Shown here: piece by piece, positions 37,901 to 49,795 of the stretch
Layout: each line of letters starts with the position of its first letter
How positions within the stretch are numbered: the first letter of the stretch is position 1
DNA from: Pristiophorus japonicus
Lineage: Eukaryota
Assembly: GCF_044704955.1 (NCBI RefSeq)
Contig: NW_027251843.1
Coordinates: 434,001 to 498,000 of the forward strand
Length of the DNA: 64,000 nucleotides
Direction: 5' to 3'
Position numbers and translations under genes: made by a program
Notes under the pieces: model-generated
Database searches by the model: none
What the model was told of the DNA's origin: nothing
What the model saw: only the letters and a program-made list of their open reading frames with translations

Positions 37901-38229
37901 GCCGAGGGAAGACACCACCCACACTGACCCTGCTGTCCCCCTCCCCGGAGGAGGTCACGACCAAGGGCACTGCCACCCTTGTGTGCCTCGCCGATCACTT
38001 CTACCCCGATGCAGTGGAGGTGGAGTGGAAGAAGGACGGGGAGACCATTTCGGCCGGGGTCCAGACCAGCGACTACCTGCGAGCTTCGGACAACACCTAC
38101 AGTGTCAGCAGCCTGCTGACCCTCTCTGGCTCCGACTGGGAGTCCAACGCCAGCTTCTCCTGCAGCCTCACCCACGAGAGCCTCTCCTCTCCCCTCAGCA
38201 AGGGCATCAGGAGAGCAGAATGTGCGTAG
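37901..38229 (+). CDS. IGKC: Immunoglobulin light-chain constant-region exon, most like elasmobranch kappa (type III/NS4)
   Basis: Acceptor TCCTTCTCCTCCCTTTCAG|GC (phase 1); reads RGKTPPTLTLLSPSPEEVTTKGTATLVCLADHFYPDAVEVEWKKDG...TYSVSSLLTLSGSDWESNASFSCSLTHESLSSPLSKGIRRAECA*; C1-set Cys/Trp/Cys and penultimate inter-chain Cys. Isotype call rests on recalled similarity to nurse shark NS4. Confidence 0.95.
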
Positions 38230-38659
38230 TGTGTCAGGGACAGTCAGCGGGGGAGACGCAACTTTAAATAGAACAGGGGGTGAGCCGGGAGGGCAAAGGT
38301 CATTGTCAGCACTGCATTTCTACTCTCTTCCTTCTCGGGACTGTGTCAGGGAAAGCATCTGAGGGTCAGGGGGTAAGGCACGTTATTGGGGCAGTGTCGA
38401 GGGAGCTTTACTCTGTATCTAACCTGTGCTGTACCTGCCCTGGGAGGGTTTGATGGGACAGTGTTGACTCGTGCTGCCAAGTAAAACCTCTCGAAGATGC
38501 TGAAGACTGTCAGCAGAGTAAAACTAATGTTAAACTGTGAAGTGCTGCTTCAGTAAGCAGACCCCCTCCCTGCTCACCCTGCTGTTACAATTCAAATTTT
38601 TGTCCCCGTTTAAAGGGACAGGATTCTCACGGTGTGGAGCAAATCCCCACAACTGTTTT

Positions 38660-38787
38660 AATAAAGCTGCATTCTTCCTGTGAATGTCTCCAGCTCGCTC
38701 TCGCTGGGCTGTTTATTCAAGTCTTGTTTCTGTAAATGTGAATCTGTAAAAGGCAATAAACGTGAAGAATATTCAGTCTGTGTCTGG
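38660..38787 (+). terminator. Poly(A) signals of the light-chain transcript (AATAAA 38660-38665 and 38755-38760, GT-rich element ~38774-38787)
   Basis: Canonical hexamers 430-530 nt after the stop codon, with downstream CAGTCTGTGTCTGG. Confidence 0.75.
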
Positions 38788-39357
38788 CGAGTGCTTTGGA
38801 AATGTCCCACCTCCCCCTCAGCTGGATTGGCTGCATTTCAGTAAGTGTCTGTCCTGATTGGCTGGGTGGGCTGTCAATCAATGGCACGTCTGCAGGAGAT
38901 TTGATTCAAAGCCAATTATCAATCATTTTGAAACGATCAGTTTTACCTCGAACCCCTGGAGTGCACAAGATTCAACACAAGAGACTAAAAGCTGCTGGGA
39001 TTAAACCCTCCCAGTCTGAGCATTGGTTCTCACTCAGCACACTGGGGGTGTTGGGGCAGCCCCCGATGGTGGGATCGCACTGTGCACACTGTGCTGACTG
39101 CTGGGGGCAATCTGATGGGCATTTTCTCTCCTTAAGGTGTGGCTCGTGGCAGCAGCACAATACTGTACCGAGTGAGGCCTCAGCTTCGGGAGAGGAGCAG
39201 TCAGTGTATCACCGTGTACATGTCCCTGAGTGTTAGTGTGGCTTACCCAGCACCGCTTGTAGGTGTGTGTGTGTGTGTGAATGTTACCCAGCACTGTCTG
39301 TAGGTGCGTGCATGTGTGTGTGACTGTTACCTAGCACTGTTTGTTGGTGTGTGTTCA

Positions 39358-40765
39358 AAACATAAGAAATAGGAGCAGGAGTAAGCCATTTGACTCCTCG
39401 AGTCTGCTCCGCCATTTAATAAGATCATGGCTGATCTGATCATGGACTCAGATCCAATTTCCCGCCTGCTCCCCATAACCTTTCATTGTCTTATCACTCA
39501 AAAATCTGTCTATCTCTGCCTTTAATATATACAATGACCCAGCCACCACATCTCTCTGGGTCAGAGAATTCCACAGATTTACAACCCTTTGAGAGAAGAA
39601 ATTCCTCCTCATCTCAATTTTAAATGGGTGACCCCTAATTCTTAGACTATGTCCCCTAGTTTTAGTTTTCCTTATGAGTGGAAATATCCTCACTGCATCC
39701 ACCTTGTTGAGCCCCCTGATTATCTTATATGTTTCAATAAGATCACCTCACATTCTTCTGAACTCCCATGTGTATAGCCCTACTTCTCAACCTATCTTCA
39801 TAAGTCAACCTCCTCAACTCTGGAATCAACCTAGTGAACCTTCTCTGAACTGCCTCCAATGCAAATACATCCTTCCTTAAATACGGAGATCAAAACTGTA
39901 CGCAGTACTCTAGGTGTGGCCTCACCAACATCCTGTACAGATGTAACAGGACTTCTCTGCTTTTATACTCCATCCCCCTTGCAATAAAAGCCAACATTCC
40001 ATTGGCCTTCCTGATTACTTGCTGTACCTGCATACTAACTTTTTGTGTTTCCTGTACAAGGACAGACAGGTCCCTCTGTACTGCAGCACTTTGCAATTTT
40101 TTTCCATTTAAAAATTAATTTGTTTTTCTATTCTTTCTGCCAAAGTGGATAACCTCACATTTTCCCGCATTAGACACCATCTGCCAATTTTTTCCTCGCT
40201 CACTTCGCCTGTCTATATCCCTTTGCAGATTTTTTGTATCCTCCTCCCAATTTGCTTTCCCACCCATCTTTGTATCATCAGCAAACTTGACTATGTTACA
40301 CTCGGTCCCTTCATCTAATCATTAATGTAGATTGTAAATAGTTGAGGCCCCAGCACCGATCCTTGCAGTACCCCACAAGTTACTGTTTGCCAATCGGAAA
40401 ATGACCCATTTATCCCGACTCTCTGTTTTCTGTTAGTTAGCCAATCCTCTATCCATGCGAATATATTACCCCGAACCCCATGAACTTTTATCTTGTGCCT
40501 TTTATGTGGCACCTTATCGAATGCCTTCTGGAAATCCAAATACACCACATCCACTGGTTCCCTTTTATCCATCCTGCTCATTACATCCTCAAAGTTTTCC
40601 AGCAAATTTATCAAACATGATTTCCCTTTCATAAAACCGTGCTGACTCTGCTTGATTGAACTATGCTTTTCCAAATGTCCTGCTACTGCTTCCTTAATAA
40701 TGGACTCCAGCATTTTCCCAACGACAGATGTTAGGCTAACTGGTTATAGTTTGCTTTCTGCTTTC
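39358..40765 (-). mobile_element. CR1 LINE, 5'-truncated
   Basis: YLDFQKAFDKVPH, QGSVLGPQLFTIYIND, RPHLEYCVQF; 3' UTR at 39358. Confidence 0.93.
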
Positions 40766-40769
40766 TGTC

Positions 40770-41160
40770 TCACCCTCCACCCCTCCCTTTCCCACAGTAG
40801 GCTCCCCGTCTCGAGCCAGTCGCCCCCTCTCAACACCTCCCTCCCCCCTCTTCCATCCCTTGCCCTCCCTCCCTCCCACATCTCCCCCATTCCTCACTTC
40901 TCCCTTCCCTCCCATCCCTTTCCCTCCACACTCCCTCTCCCATCTCTCCCCATCACCCTCTCCTCTCTCTCCTCCACCACTCCTCCCCTCCCAATCCCTC
41001 CTACCCCCCTCCCCGTCCCTCGCACTCCCTCCCTCCTCCCCCATCCCTCACATCTCTTTCCCCTCCCATCCCTCTCCCTTCCCCCTCCCCCTCCGCTCGC
41101 CCCTCTCCTCCTCCACTCCCCTCACCTCGCTCCTCCTCCACTCCCCTCCCTACTTCCCCC
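40770..41160. repeat. C/T-rich low-complexity polypyrimidine tract
   Basis: Almost exclusively C/T on the + strand over ~390 bp. Confidence 0.9.
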
Positions 41161-41164
41161 TGGC

Positions 41165-42960
41165 TCTAGACTCACTGCATCTACCCTGTCAAGCCCTATC
41201 AGAATTGTGTATGTTTCAGTGCGATCCCCTCTCATTCTTCTAAACTCGAGAGAGTTTAGGCCTTGGACCTTGCGGAACCAAGGCGGGTAGATGGAGTTCA
41301 GATACAGATGGGCCGTGATCTAATTGAATGGGGGAACAGGGTCGAGAGGCTGAATGGCCTCCTCCTGTTCATTGTGTCCAGCAGCAGCTGTGTACCTCTC
41401 CGCAACCTCATCTTGACTTTTATCAGTCGCATCAGAGCCTTGATTCCCTCACCAGGGGGCTGGTGTTTCCAGATCAATGTCCAGCTGATCGATGCCATGA
41501 GTCAGACTCAGTGAGTGCTGTCAGCGGGTGGAAAGGCTGCTCTAACTGCAGCCTTGTTCTAATGCATTTAGGGAGGGGCAACAAGGCAAGGGAATGCACA
41601 ATAAATGGGAGGGTACTGAGAGGGGTGGAGGAATGGAGGGACCTTGGAGTGCATGTCCACAGATCCCTGAAGGTAGCAGGCCAGGTCGATAAGGTGGTTA
41701 AAAAGGCATACGGAATACTAGCCTTTATTAGCCGAGGCATAGAATACAAGAGCAGGGAGGTTATGCTTGAACTGTATGAAACACTAGTTAGGCCACACAC
41801 AGATTACCTTTATGGTCTCTAATAGGCCCCACACATTCTTTAATTATCCTTTTGCTCTTCATGTATTTATAAAACAGCTTTGTGTTTTCCTTGATTTTAC
41901 TTGCCAAAATGTTTTCATGCTCTCTCTTTGCTTTCCTAATTTCCTTTTTAATTGCACCCCTGCACTTTCTATACCCCTCTAAAGTTCCTGCAGTATTGAG
42001 CCCTCGGTATCTGTCATAAGCCTCCCTTTTTTACTTTATCTTACACTGTATTTCCCTTGACATCCAGGGCCTCTAGATTTGTTACTCCCACCCTTTTTCT
42101 TTAAGGGAACAGACTTACTCTGAAACCACAAGATTTCCTCCTTGAATGCCTCCCACTGCTCTGACACTGATTTACCTTCAAGTCGCCGTTTCCAGATGTT
42201 TCCAGTCTATTGGCAATTTTGGACCCAATGTTAGGACAGTTGAAATCCCCTACTATTACTGCCATACAGTTTTTGCACTGTCAGAAATGTGCCTACTTAC
42301 TTCTCTTCTATCTCCCTCTGACTGTTTGGGGGTCTGTAGTACCCTCCCAGCAGTTTGATTCAGGGCATAAGAACATAAGAAATAGGAAGAGGAGTCGGCC
42401 ACACAGCCCCTCGAGCCTGCTCCGCCATTCAATAAGTTCATGGCTGATCTGATCATGGACTCAGCTCCACTTCTTTGCCTGCTCCCCATATCCCCTTATC
42501 CCCTTATCGATTAAGAAACTGTCTATTTCTGTCTTAAATTTATTCAATGTCCCAGCTTCACAGCTCAGGAACCATCGCCCCCACCAGTACTCAGAACAGA
42601 ATACTGGTTGGAGAGCGAGATGGACTCAGGGGACTCCTGCACTACCTGCCTGGACCTCCTCTTCTGTCTGGTGGTCACCCATTCCCTCTCTGCCTGCACA
42701 CTCTTAAGCTGCGGGGTGGCCACCTCTAGAAACGTGCTATCCACGAACTTCTCAGCCTCGCGGATGCACCGCAGTGACTCCAGCCGCCGCTCAATCTCCG
42801 AAACGCGGAGCTCGAGTTGCTGTAGCTGGTGACACTTCCTGCACATGTGGTCGTCCAGGCCATGAGAAGTGTCCAGGACTTCCCACATGGCACAGGATGT
42901 GCATTCCACGGGACAGAACTGCCCTGCCATGCATCTATTTAATAGACTAAGAACTAACTT
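41165..42960. mobile_element. Mixed CR1 fragments, including an ORF1 N-terminus (42565-42930, -)
   Basis: CxxC...CxxC plus leucine-zipper peptide CTSCAMWE...CRKCHQLQQLELRVSEIERRL typical of CR1 ORF1; RT pieces at 41560-41800 (+). Confidence 0.8.
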
Positions 42961-43099
42961 AGTAGAAATAAATTAAAAATAAAATAAAGCAAATAACTGC
43001 CTGGCCTACATCATTCAGGCCATAATTTCTGAATTAATTCACTTGACTCAGGGTGAACACTGTTGTTGGGCCATTAATGGGCCTTAAGTTTTCAGCTCA

Positions 43100-44010
43100 G
43101 TCAGCTGTGGCTCAATGGGCAGCACACTCGCCTCTGAGTCCGAAGGCTGTGGCTTCATAGTCCCACTACAGAGACTAAGCACAGAAATCTAGACTGACAG
43201 TCCCGGTGCAGTATTGAGGGAGTGCCGCACTGTCGGAGGGGCTGTCATTCAGGCGAGAGGTTAAACCAAGGCACCGTCTGCTCTCTCAGGTGGGTGTGAA
43301 CGATCCTATGCCACTATTTTCAAGAGTAGCAGGGGAGTACTCCCCGGTGACCTGGCCAATATTTATACCTCAATCAAAATTATAGAAACAGATTGGGGAC
43401 AAAATTCTCCCGCCGTGCACCTGATATTAGTGACTCGGGGGGAGTATAACAGGGTGTGGCAGTGTTTTTCCCCGTGGGTGGGGGGGCTAACGGTTCCCGC
43501 GGGATTTAGCAGAGATGCAAAATGGATAGCGCTCTGTGAGCCGTGTCTGCGCCCCTTGAGCCGTGTCCGCGCCAGGCCTGCAGGTCACGAACCGGGCCGC
43601 ACTTCACTCGTGGAGTGAAACTTACCGGGAGGTACGCGCCGCCCCGCCCCGCCATTTGTTTTTGCCGACTTACCGCGATGGTGCAGCCCGACACTCGTCC
43701 CCGAGCCCACCCCCAGGGGAAGTGCAGCACGCCACATTGCGCTCCACTTCCTGTCAGGGGCCGTGACCCCAATTTCGCTTCCGGGGCGGGACTTCGGCAT
43801 GGGAAAAGTTACCGCTCCAACCGGGACGATATGCAATTTGGGCCCATTATCTGGTCATATTCACATGTGGGAACTTGCTGTGCACAAACTCTCTGTCATG
43901 TCTCCTCGTGTTACCGCGGTGACTACATTTCAAAAGTACTTCATTGGCTGTAAAGCGCTTTGGGATGTCCTGAGGTGGTGAAAGGCGCTATATAAATGCA
44001 AGTCTTTCTT
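43100..44010 (+). mobile_element. DeuSINE interrupted by a Harbinger-like MITE (43395-43845, ATT target duplication)
   Basis: SINE sequence CAGATT|ATCTGGTC split by GGGGACAAAATT...AATTTGGGCCC with ATT on both sides. Confidence 0.8.
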
Positions 44011-44485
44011 TCCAATTCAGCTCTAAATCTTTGAACCCCAGACCCGCGGACAGTGACGGACAGGTAAAGACCCTGTGGTCCATCCAGCCCGTCCCACACA
44101 ATTGTGATACCTTGTGTATCACAGTATAGACTCTCCACCCCACCCAAAACTACCTGATCTCCTGGGAGAGGCGAAAAACCAGGTAAAAAACCCATTGGGG
44201 GGAAATAAATCTGGGAAACTCCTCTCTGACCCCCACCACCCCCAGGCGATGGAAACTAGTCCAGGAGGTCACTGTGGTCCTGAATTCCCTGCAGTAACTA
44301 CCTTCTGTAAGTGGTGATCTCCGCACCGGCCACAAACAGGTCCTGCTCTTGCTTATGTACAGCTCATGGATTTAAAATTACAAGCTTTCCCCACAGTGTC
44401 AAGTGCTGTAAATACTGTGTTACATTATCAGGGTTATATTCTCACTGTCTGTCATTGTCACAACACTTGCTATATAAATGCAAGT

Positions 44486-45566
44486 TGTTGTTGTGTTCAG
44501 GGACCGCTGTATCTGGCTCAGGCTTCTCATCCATCCCCCCTTCCCTTCCCCCTCCATTGGGGGCCGTGCCTTCAGCTGCCTGGGCCCTAACTCCCTGCTC
44601 CCTAAACCTCTCTGCCACTCCACCCCTCTCCTCTTTTAAGACCTCCCTTCAAACCCAATCTGTGACTGAGGGTTTTGATCACCCTCCCAGCCCCTCCCCC
44701 TTTGGCTCAGCACCACTTTGACCAGATTACGCCTCTGTCAGCTGCCTCAGGATGTTGTTCTAATGTTCCAGTTGCTATAGCAATGCAGGTTGTTGCTGCT
44801 GTACCTGGTGCAGAGCTTCTCTGTGTGGATATACCCCGTGCACCGAGCTCCGCAGTGAGGCTTCCCACAGTGGAATGGCCTGCCGATGCTCGCTGCAGTG
44901 CAGAGTGGCTGCTGACCCGTCAATCGGTCTGAGACACCGCCTCACGAGTGGACGAGGAGATACACGCTGAGATCCACCATCAAATGACACGTGGGCAACT
45001 GGAAATGATTCTGCAAACCTGGCTGGAGGTTTGGTACAAACGGGTTTTACAAACCAATACTATGAGTGACACAGAAATTGTCCAAAAATTTGGTCTTTTC
45101 AGAACCAACATCGCCCCCTTTTGGTTTGAAGACAGCACTGCCAATTTCCCTCACAATTTGACTGAGCTGCAATTTTCAATGTCTCCTTACGTGGCTCGCT
45201 GTCAATCTTTATTCTATAACGCTCCTGTGAAGTGCTCGGGGAGTTTTACTGTGTTAAAGGTGCGGTATAAAAGTTGCTGTTGTTGTTTGTTCTGAGTTAG
45301 CTGTTCCAACTGAGGTCGGGATATGACTCACAGCTCAGACTATGCGACATCCAGTGATGCAATGTTGTATCTTCAAGCCCCACTCCAGGGACCTGAGTGC
45401 AAAATAAAGACATACACTACTGTGCAGTCCTGAGGGAGTGCTGCACTGTCAGAGGGGCAGTACTGAGGGACTGCTGCACTGTCAGAGGGGCAGTACTGAG
45501 GGACTGCTGCACTGTCAGAGGGGCAGTCCTGAGGGAGTGCTGCTCTATCAGAGGGGCAGTACTGAG
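44486..45566. repeat. Segmental duplicate Y1 (inverted copy at 62914-64000)
   Basis: Reverse complement matches the last ~1.08 kb of the window; paired ORF translations (e.g. MSDTEIVQK...) confirm. Confidence 0.96.
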
Positions 45567-46522
45567 TGTTGAGGGTGGTGTGTCTGTCAGTTTGCCTTCC
45601 TGACCCAGAGCGGTTGCGAGTTGCTCCCACTCCCTGTTCTCGAGCCTGGATTTATTAATCAGGGTGTGATAAAGTGCAGCAGACAACCGTTTTGTCCAAA
45701 GAAGTTATGGATTTTATTCAAGAAGAATGAATACACCTTTTATTAAAAACTGATAAAAATTATCATTTTAAATGAGAGAAAACTTATCACTCTAATGGGG
45801 AATCCTTTACTAAAACACAAGAGAATACACAGCAGTACAATACCGCCCACCTCCCAATTCCCCTTTCAAACTAAGTTCGGCTCTGGGGCTTCAGGGACAA
45901 TGCTCACCAACCCTTCCTTGACAGTCGGTAATGGGTCACATTTCGGGGTGCGTTGCAGCTTTAAACCCGCACTGTGGTTTGGAATAGGCGTTCAAGTGCT
46001 GGGGGCACAGTATTATGTGTGCACCCCGGCTCCGGCACCCAGAGAGGTCAGTACCTGTCTTAGCTTGCACCCACTTTATGTCATAGGTGGGAACGCTGTG
46101 AAATGAACATGTGCACCTCCTTGAATGACCCCAGTGTTCTCCACCCTGTATACCGGTGAGGGTCGGGCTGTCCCATCCATGACCGGCATCCTCACTACTA
46201 TTCCCATGATAGTGTGATTGGAACACCCGCAATCCACTGGGACAGGGTAGGCTTCAGAAACTAGACGGAGCTGACACAGGCTTAGCGAATTACTGAGAGG
46301 TGGTGCAAAATGGAAGGAGGGATAAGGACCCAACCGACCCTTGGAAAATAAGTCTAAATGGTGTCGAGGTGCAAAGGGATCTATGAGTACAGATACACAA
46401 ATCACTAAAAGTAGCAACGGAGGATAATAAGGCCATAACAGTACAAATAAAACAATAGAGTTCATTTCTAGCGGATTAGAATTCAAAAGCGGAGAAGTTA
46501 TGTTCAACCTGTATCAAACCAT

Positions 46523-47319
46523 GTCAGAAATGAGTGGGATATAATGGAACTGCATAATAATACACTAGCTCTTCAGAAACGTCACTGAGTTACACGGTTG
46601 TGCATCGACAAACAATGGAAATGCACAAGATGAACTGAAAGAGGCATATCTATTCGAGCAATTTGTATTAATTATAAAGTGGTCAATGTATGAGCCCCCT
46701 CCATCATGTCACTATAGCAACGGCTGCACATACAGCCGGAGCAGGGCCTTTCCTATGGTGCTGACGTGCTGTACATCCACAAAAGTAATTAGAATATTCA
46801 TCACAATGCAAACAGACAACCAACAAATATAAAGCCATAGTTCTTTAGTTCACAATATTAAAAAGAATTGAACCAAAACGGGACGCGAATTTCCAACTGC
46901 AATCAGTTCCATTATTAAACGTGGTCTTCTTGAACCAGCACACTCCCCAGGTAACATGTCAGAAATGCAGCACTTATTCACCAGTGCAGAAAAACACATA
47001 TACACAGTGTGTCACCAAACTAAAAACAAAAAGCAGGAAAAGCGATCATTGAACAGAAATGTTCAGGCATCTTTCTTCCTGGACAGGAGAACCAATCAGA
47101 CTGACTTGGAAATGTTTATAATATGGTGACGTAAAGATGTTCATTTATAAATTTTCCTTCTAATGTTTTTCTCTCAAACATTCGGCACAATATTCATCCG
47201 TGCTTTTACCACGACGTGTTAAATTATTTAGCATACTTCCCAATTAAACTTCATTGTACTCCCAATTTTTAATCTATTATTTTAAAGATATATATCAAAC
47301 CGAAATTGTACATGATCAG
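46523..47319. repeat. Segmental duplicate X2 (direct copy of 31866-32661)
   Basis: Same sequence as X1; continues into unique sequence where X1 meets an LTR. Confidence 0.95.
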
Positions 47320-47494
47320 TTTAGTCTTTCTCAATAAACAAATACTGGTTTCTTCTAAAGTTTCTTCCTGAAATTTTTACACATCATTACACAATTAGTG
47401 TTTCTATTAACATTCCACTAAACGTTTAAGAGTAAATCTATATTTACTTTTTTCCTGGGACTTGTTTGGACTTTAGAACAAAATGGTTCACAAT

Positions 47495-47885
47495 AGCAAA
47501 ATACAGCGGATGCTGGAATCTGAAACTAAAGCAGAAAATGCTGGAACTACTCAGCAGGTCAGCCAGCATCTGTGGAGAGAGAAACAAAGTTAACGTTTTA
47601 GGTCTGTGACCTTTCGTCAGAACTGGAAGAAGTTAGAGATGTGACAGATTTTAACCTGGTGCAGAGGCAGGATTTAACCACTCATGCCTTGCACCATAAC
47701 ACAGACCTTCCCTTTCCTTCCTCCCCTCCCAACTTTCTCTGCCTCTGCACCGGTTTTAAATCTGTTCCATCTCGAACATTTCCCAGTTCTGTTGAAAGGT
47801 GACAGACCTGAAACGTGAACAATGTTTCTTTCTGCACAGTTACTGCCTGACCTGCTGAGTATTTCCAGCATTTTCTGTTTTTATA
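47495..47885. mobile_element. Penelope-derived inverted-repeat element with two decayed minimal hammerhead ribozymes
   Basis: Arms ~47527-47690 and ~47700-47885 are reverse complements; AGTT-CTGANGA-AAGGTC-ACA-GACCT-GAAAC-GTT-AACT-like core in each arm. Confidence 0.75.
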
Positions 47886-48774
47886 TTGTATAAATTTAAA
47901 TGGTTTGTGTGTTTACCTTTTTTTGGTTCTCTTCCTAAACGGCTTATTGATACTTTATAATCAGTCAATAAAAAGTGAGGTGTAACTCCTACAAATCCTT
48001 CACTGCCCTCCCCTCGTCAACAGCACGGGATGCATATTTGTATAAACCTGCACGTTCCAAATCTAATACTGAGAAACTTCAATTTTACACGGTTTAAGCA
48101 ATTCGGAGACACTTTAAAAGCGTTTGGATTTTAAGATCAGGTTGAGAATTGCTTTGATGAGGGGATGATTGATTTTTGTTTGTTTCTTCCGAAATTATCT
48201 TCGAAACTTAGGTGGAAAAGTGTTTCCAACACTCACTTTTTGTGAAACGTTCATGAAAAATCTTACATTGTTTTCCAGTCTCCATGTAGCTTTGGGAGAA
48301 GAAAATGCTCCATGTTTATCTGCGCTGCCTCAATACTGCCGTTAAACATGCACCAAAAAATAATCAAGTAAACGGATCCAATCAGAGCTCAAATAAGAAA
48401 GTGAATAAAGTTGTGAAACTTGCTCGGAGCTTATCTACCCCCAGCCTCGGCGATAAGTTGGGATCAGTTTTGGAGATGTCGGTTCCTCTTTTTCTGCTGC
48501 CGTTCCCTCCGTCTCTCACAAACTCTGAGATACAAATGTGACCACAAGTCATTTCTCGTCTGTCGTAACATAATTTAAAAAACCCTGAGAAACGCTTTCA
48601 AACAGGGGACAACACCCAACAAAATTTAACTTCAAATGAACCAGCCACATCCAAAATCACTTCCCCGTATTTTTTCGGCTTTAAATAATTCTCCGAATTA
48701 GAACAAAAATTCACTGCAGCCAAAAAAATTGTTGACTTTCGCATCCTCCAAGCTGCACCTTCACCGTGTTGTTC

Positions 48775-49530
48775 CGGATGAGCAGAAATGTTCTCCAATT
48801 CAATATTGGGAATACTGAAGCCATTGTTTTCGGTCCCGCCACAAACTCCGTTCCCTTGCCATGAGTCCATCCCTCTCCCCAACTTCTGTCTGAGGTTGAA
48901 CCACACTATTCACAAGCTTGGTGTCATATTTGTCCCTGAAATCAGCTTCCGGCCACACATCCGCAACATAACTAAAACCGTCTATTTCCACCTCCGTAAC
49001 ATCGTCCGTCTCCACCCCTGCCTCAGCTCATCCTCTGCTGAAACCCTCATCCATGCCTTTGTTACCTCTAGACTCGACTATTCCAACGCACTCCTGGCTG
49101 GCCTCCCACATTCTACCCAGCGTAAACTAGAGGTGATCCAAAACTAGGCAGCCCGTGTCCTAACTCGCACCAAGTTCCACTCACCCATCACCCCTGTGCC
49201 CATTGACCCGTGTCCTAACTCGCACCGAGCCCACTCATCCATCACCCCTTGTGCTCGCTGACCGACATTGGCTCCCGGTTAAGCGACGTCTCGATTTCAA
49301 AATTCTCTTCCTTGTTTTCAAATCCCTCCATGGTCTCACCCCTCCCTATCTCTGTATCTCCTCCAGCCCCACAACCCCCGAAGATGCTGCGCTCCTCTAA
49401 TTCTGCCCTCTTGAGCATCCCTGATTGAAATCACTCAACCATTGCTGGCCCTGTCTCCTGTTGCCTGGGCCCCAAGCTCTGGAACTACCTGCCAAAACCT
49501 CTCCACCAATCTACCTGTCTGTTCCTTCAA
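48775..49530 (+). mobile_element. L2-clade LINE 3' fragment
   Basis: YFHLRNIVRL, LIHAFVTSRLDYSNALLAGLP, HWLPVKRRLDFKIL. Confidence 0.9.
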
Positions 49531-49795
49531 TTTGATGTGTTTGCTCTGACATCACACGTGCAGTGGGCGGGGCTCTGACATTACATGAGTGCTGGGCGGG
49601 ACTCTCAAATCACACGCACGGTGGGTGGGGCTCTCAAATCACACACAATGTGGACAGGGCTCTGACATCACACACACTGTGGGCGGCACTAGAACATAAG
49701 TACATAAGAATTACTAGGTTGAATTACTAGGTTGAGAAGGCTATTTGTCCCCTCGAGCCTTTCAATAAGATCATGGTTAGAAACATAGAAACATA

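Noticed and set aside
42245-42270. YYYC motif suggesting a V segment end
   Set aside because: Lies antisense within a CR1 fragment; no V framework or RSS
48477-48560. MSVPLFLLPFPPSLTNS-EIQM* resembles an Ig leader plus FR1
   Set aside because: Immediate stop, no leader intron, no downstream Cys, WYQ, YYC or RSS
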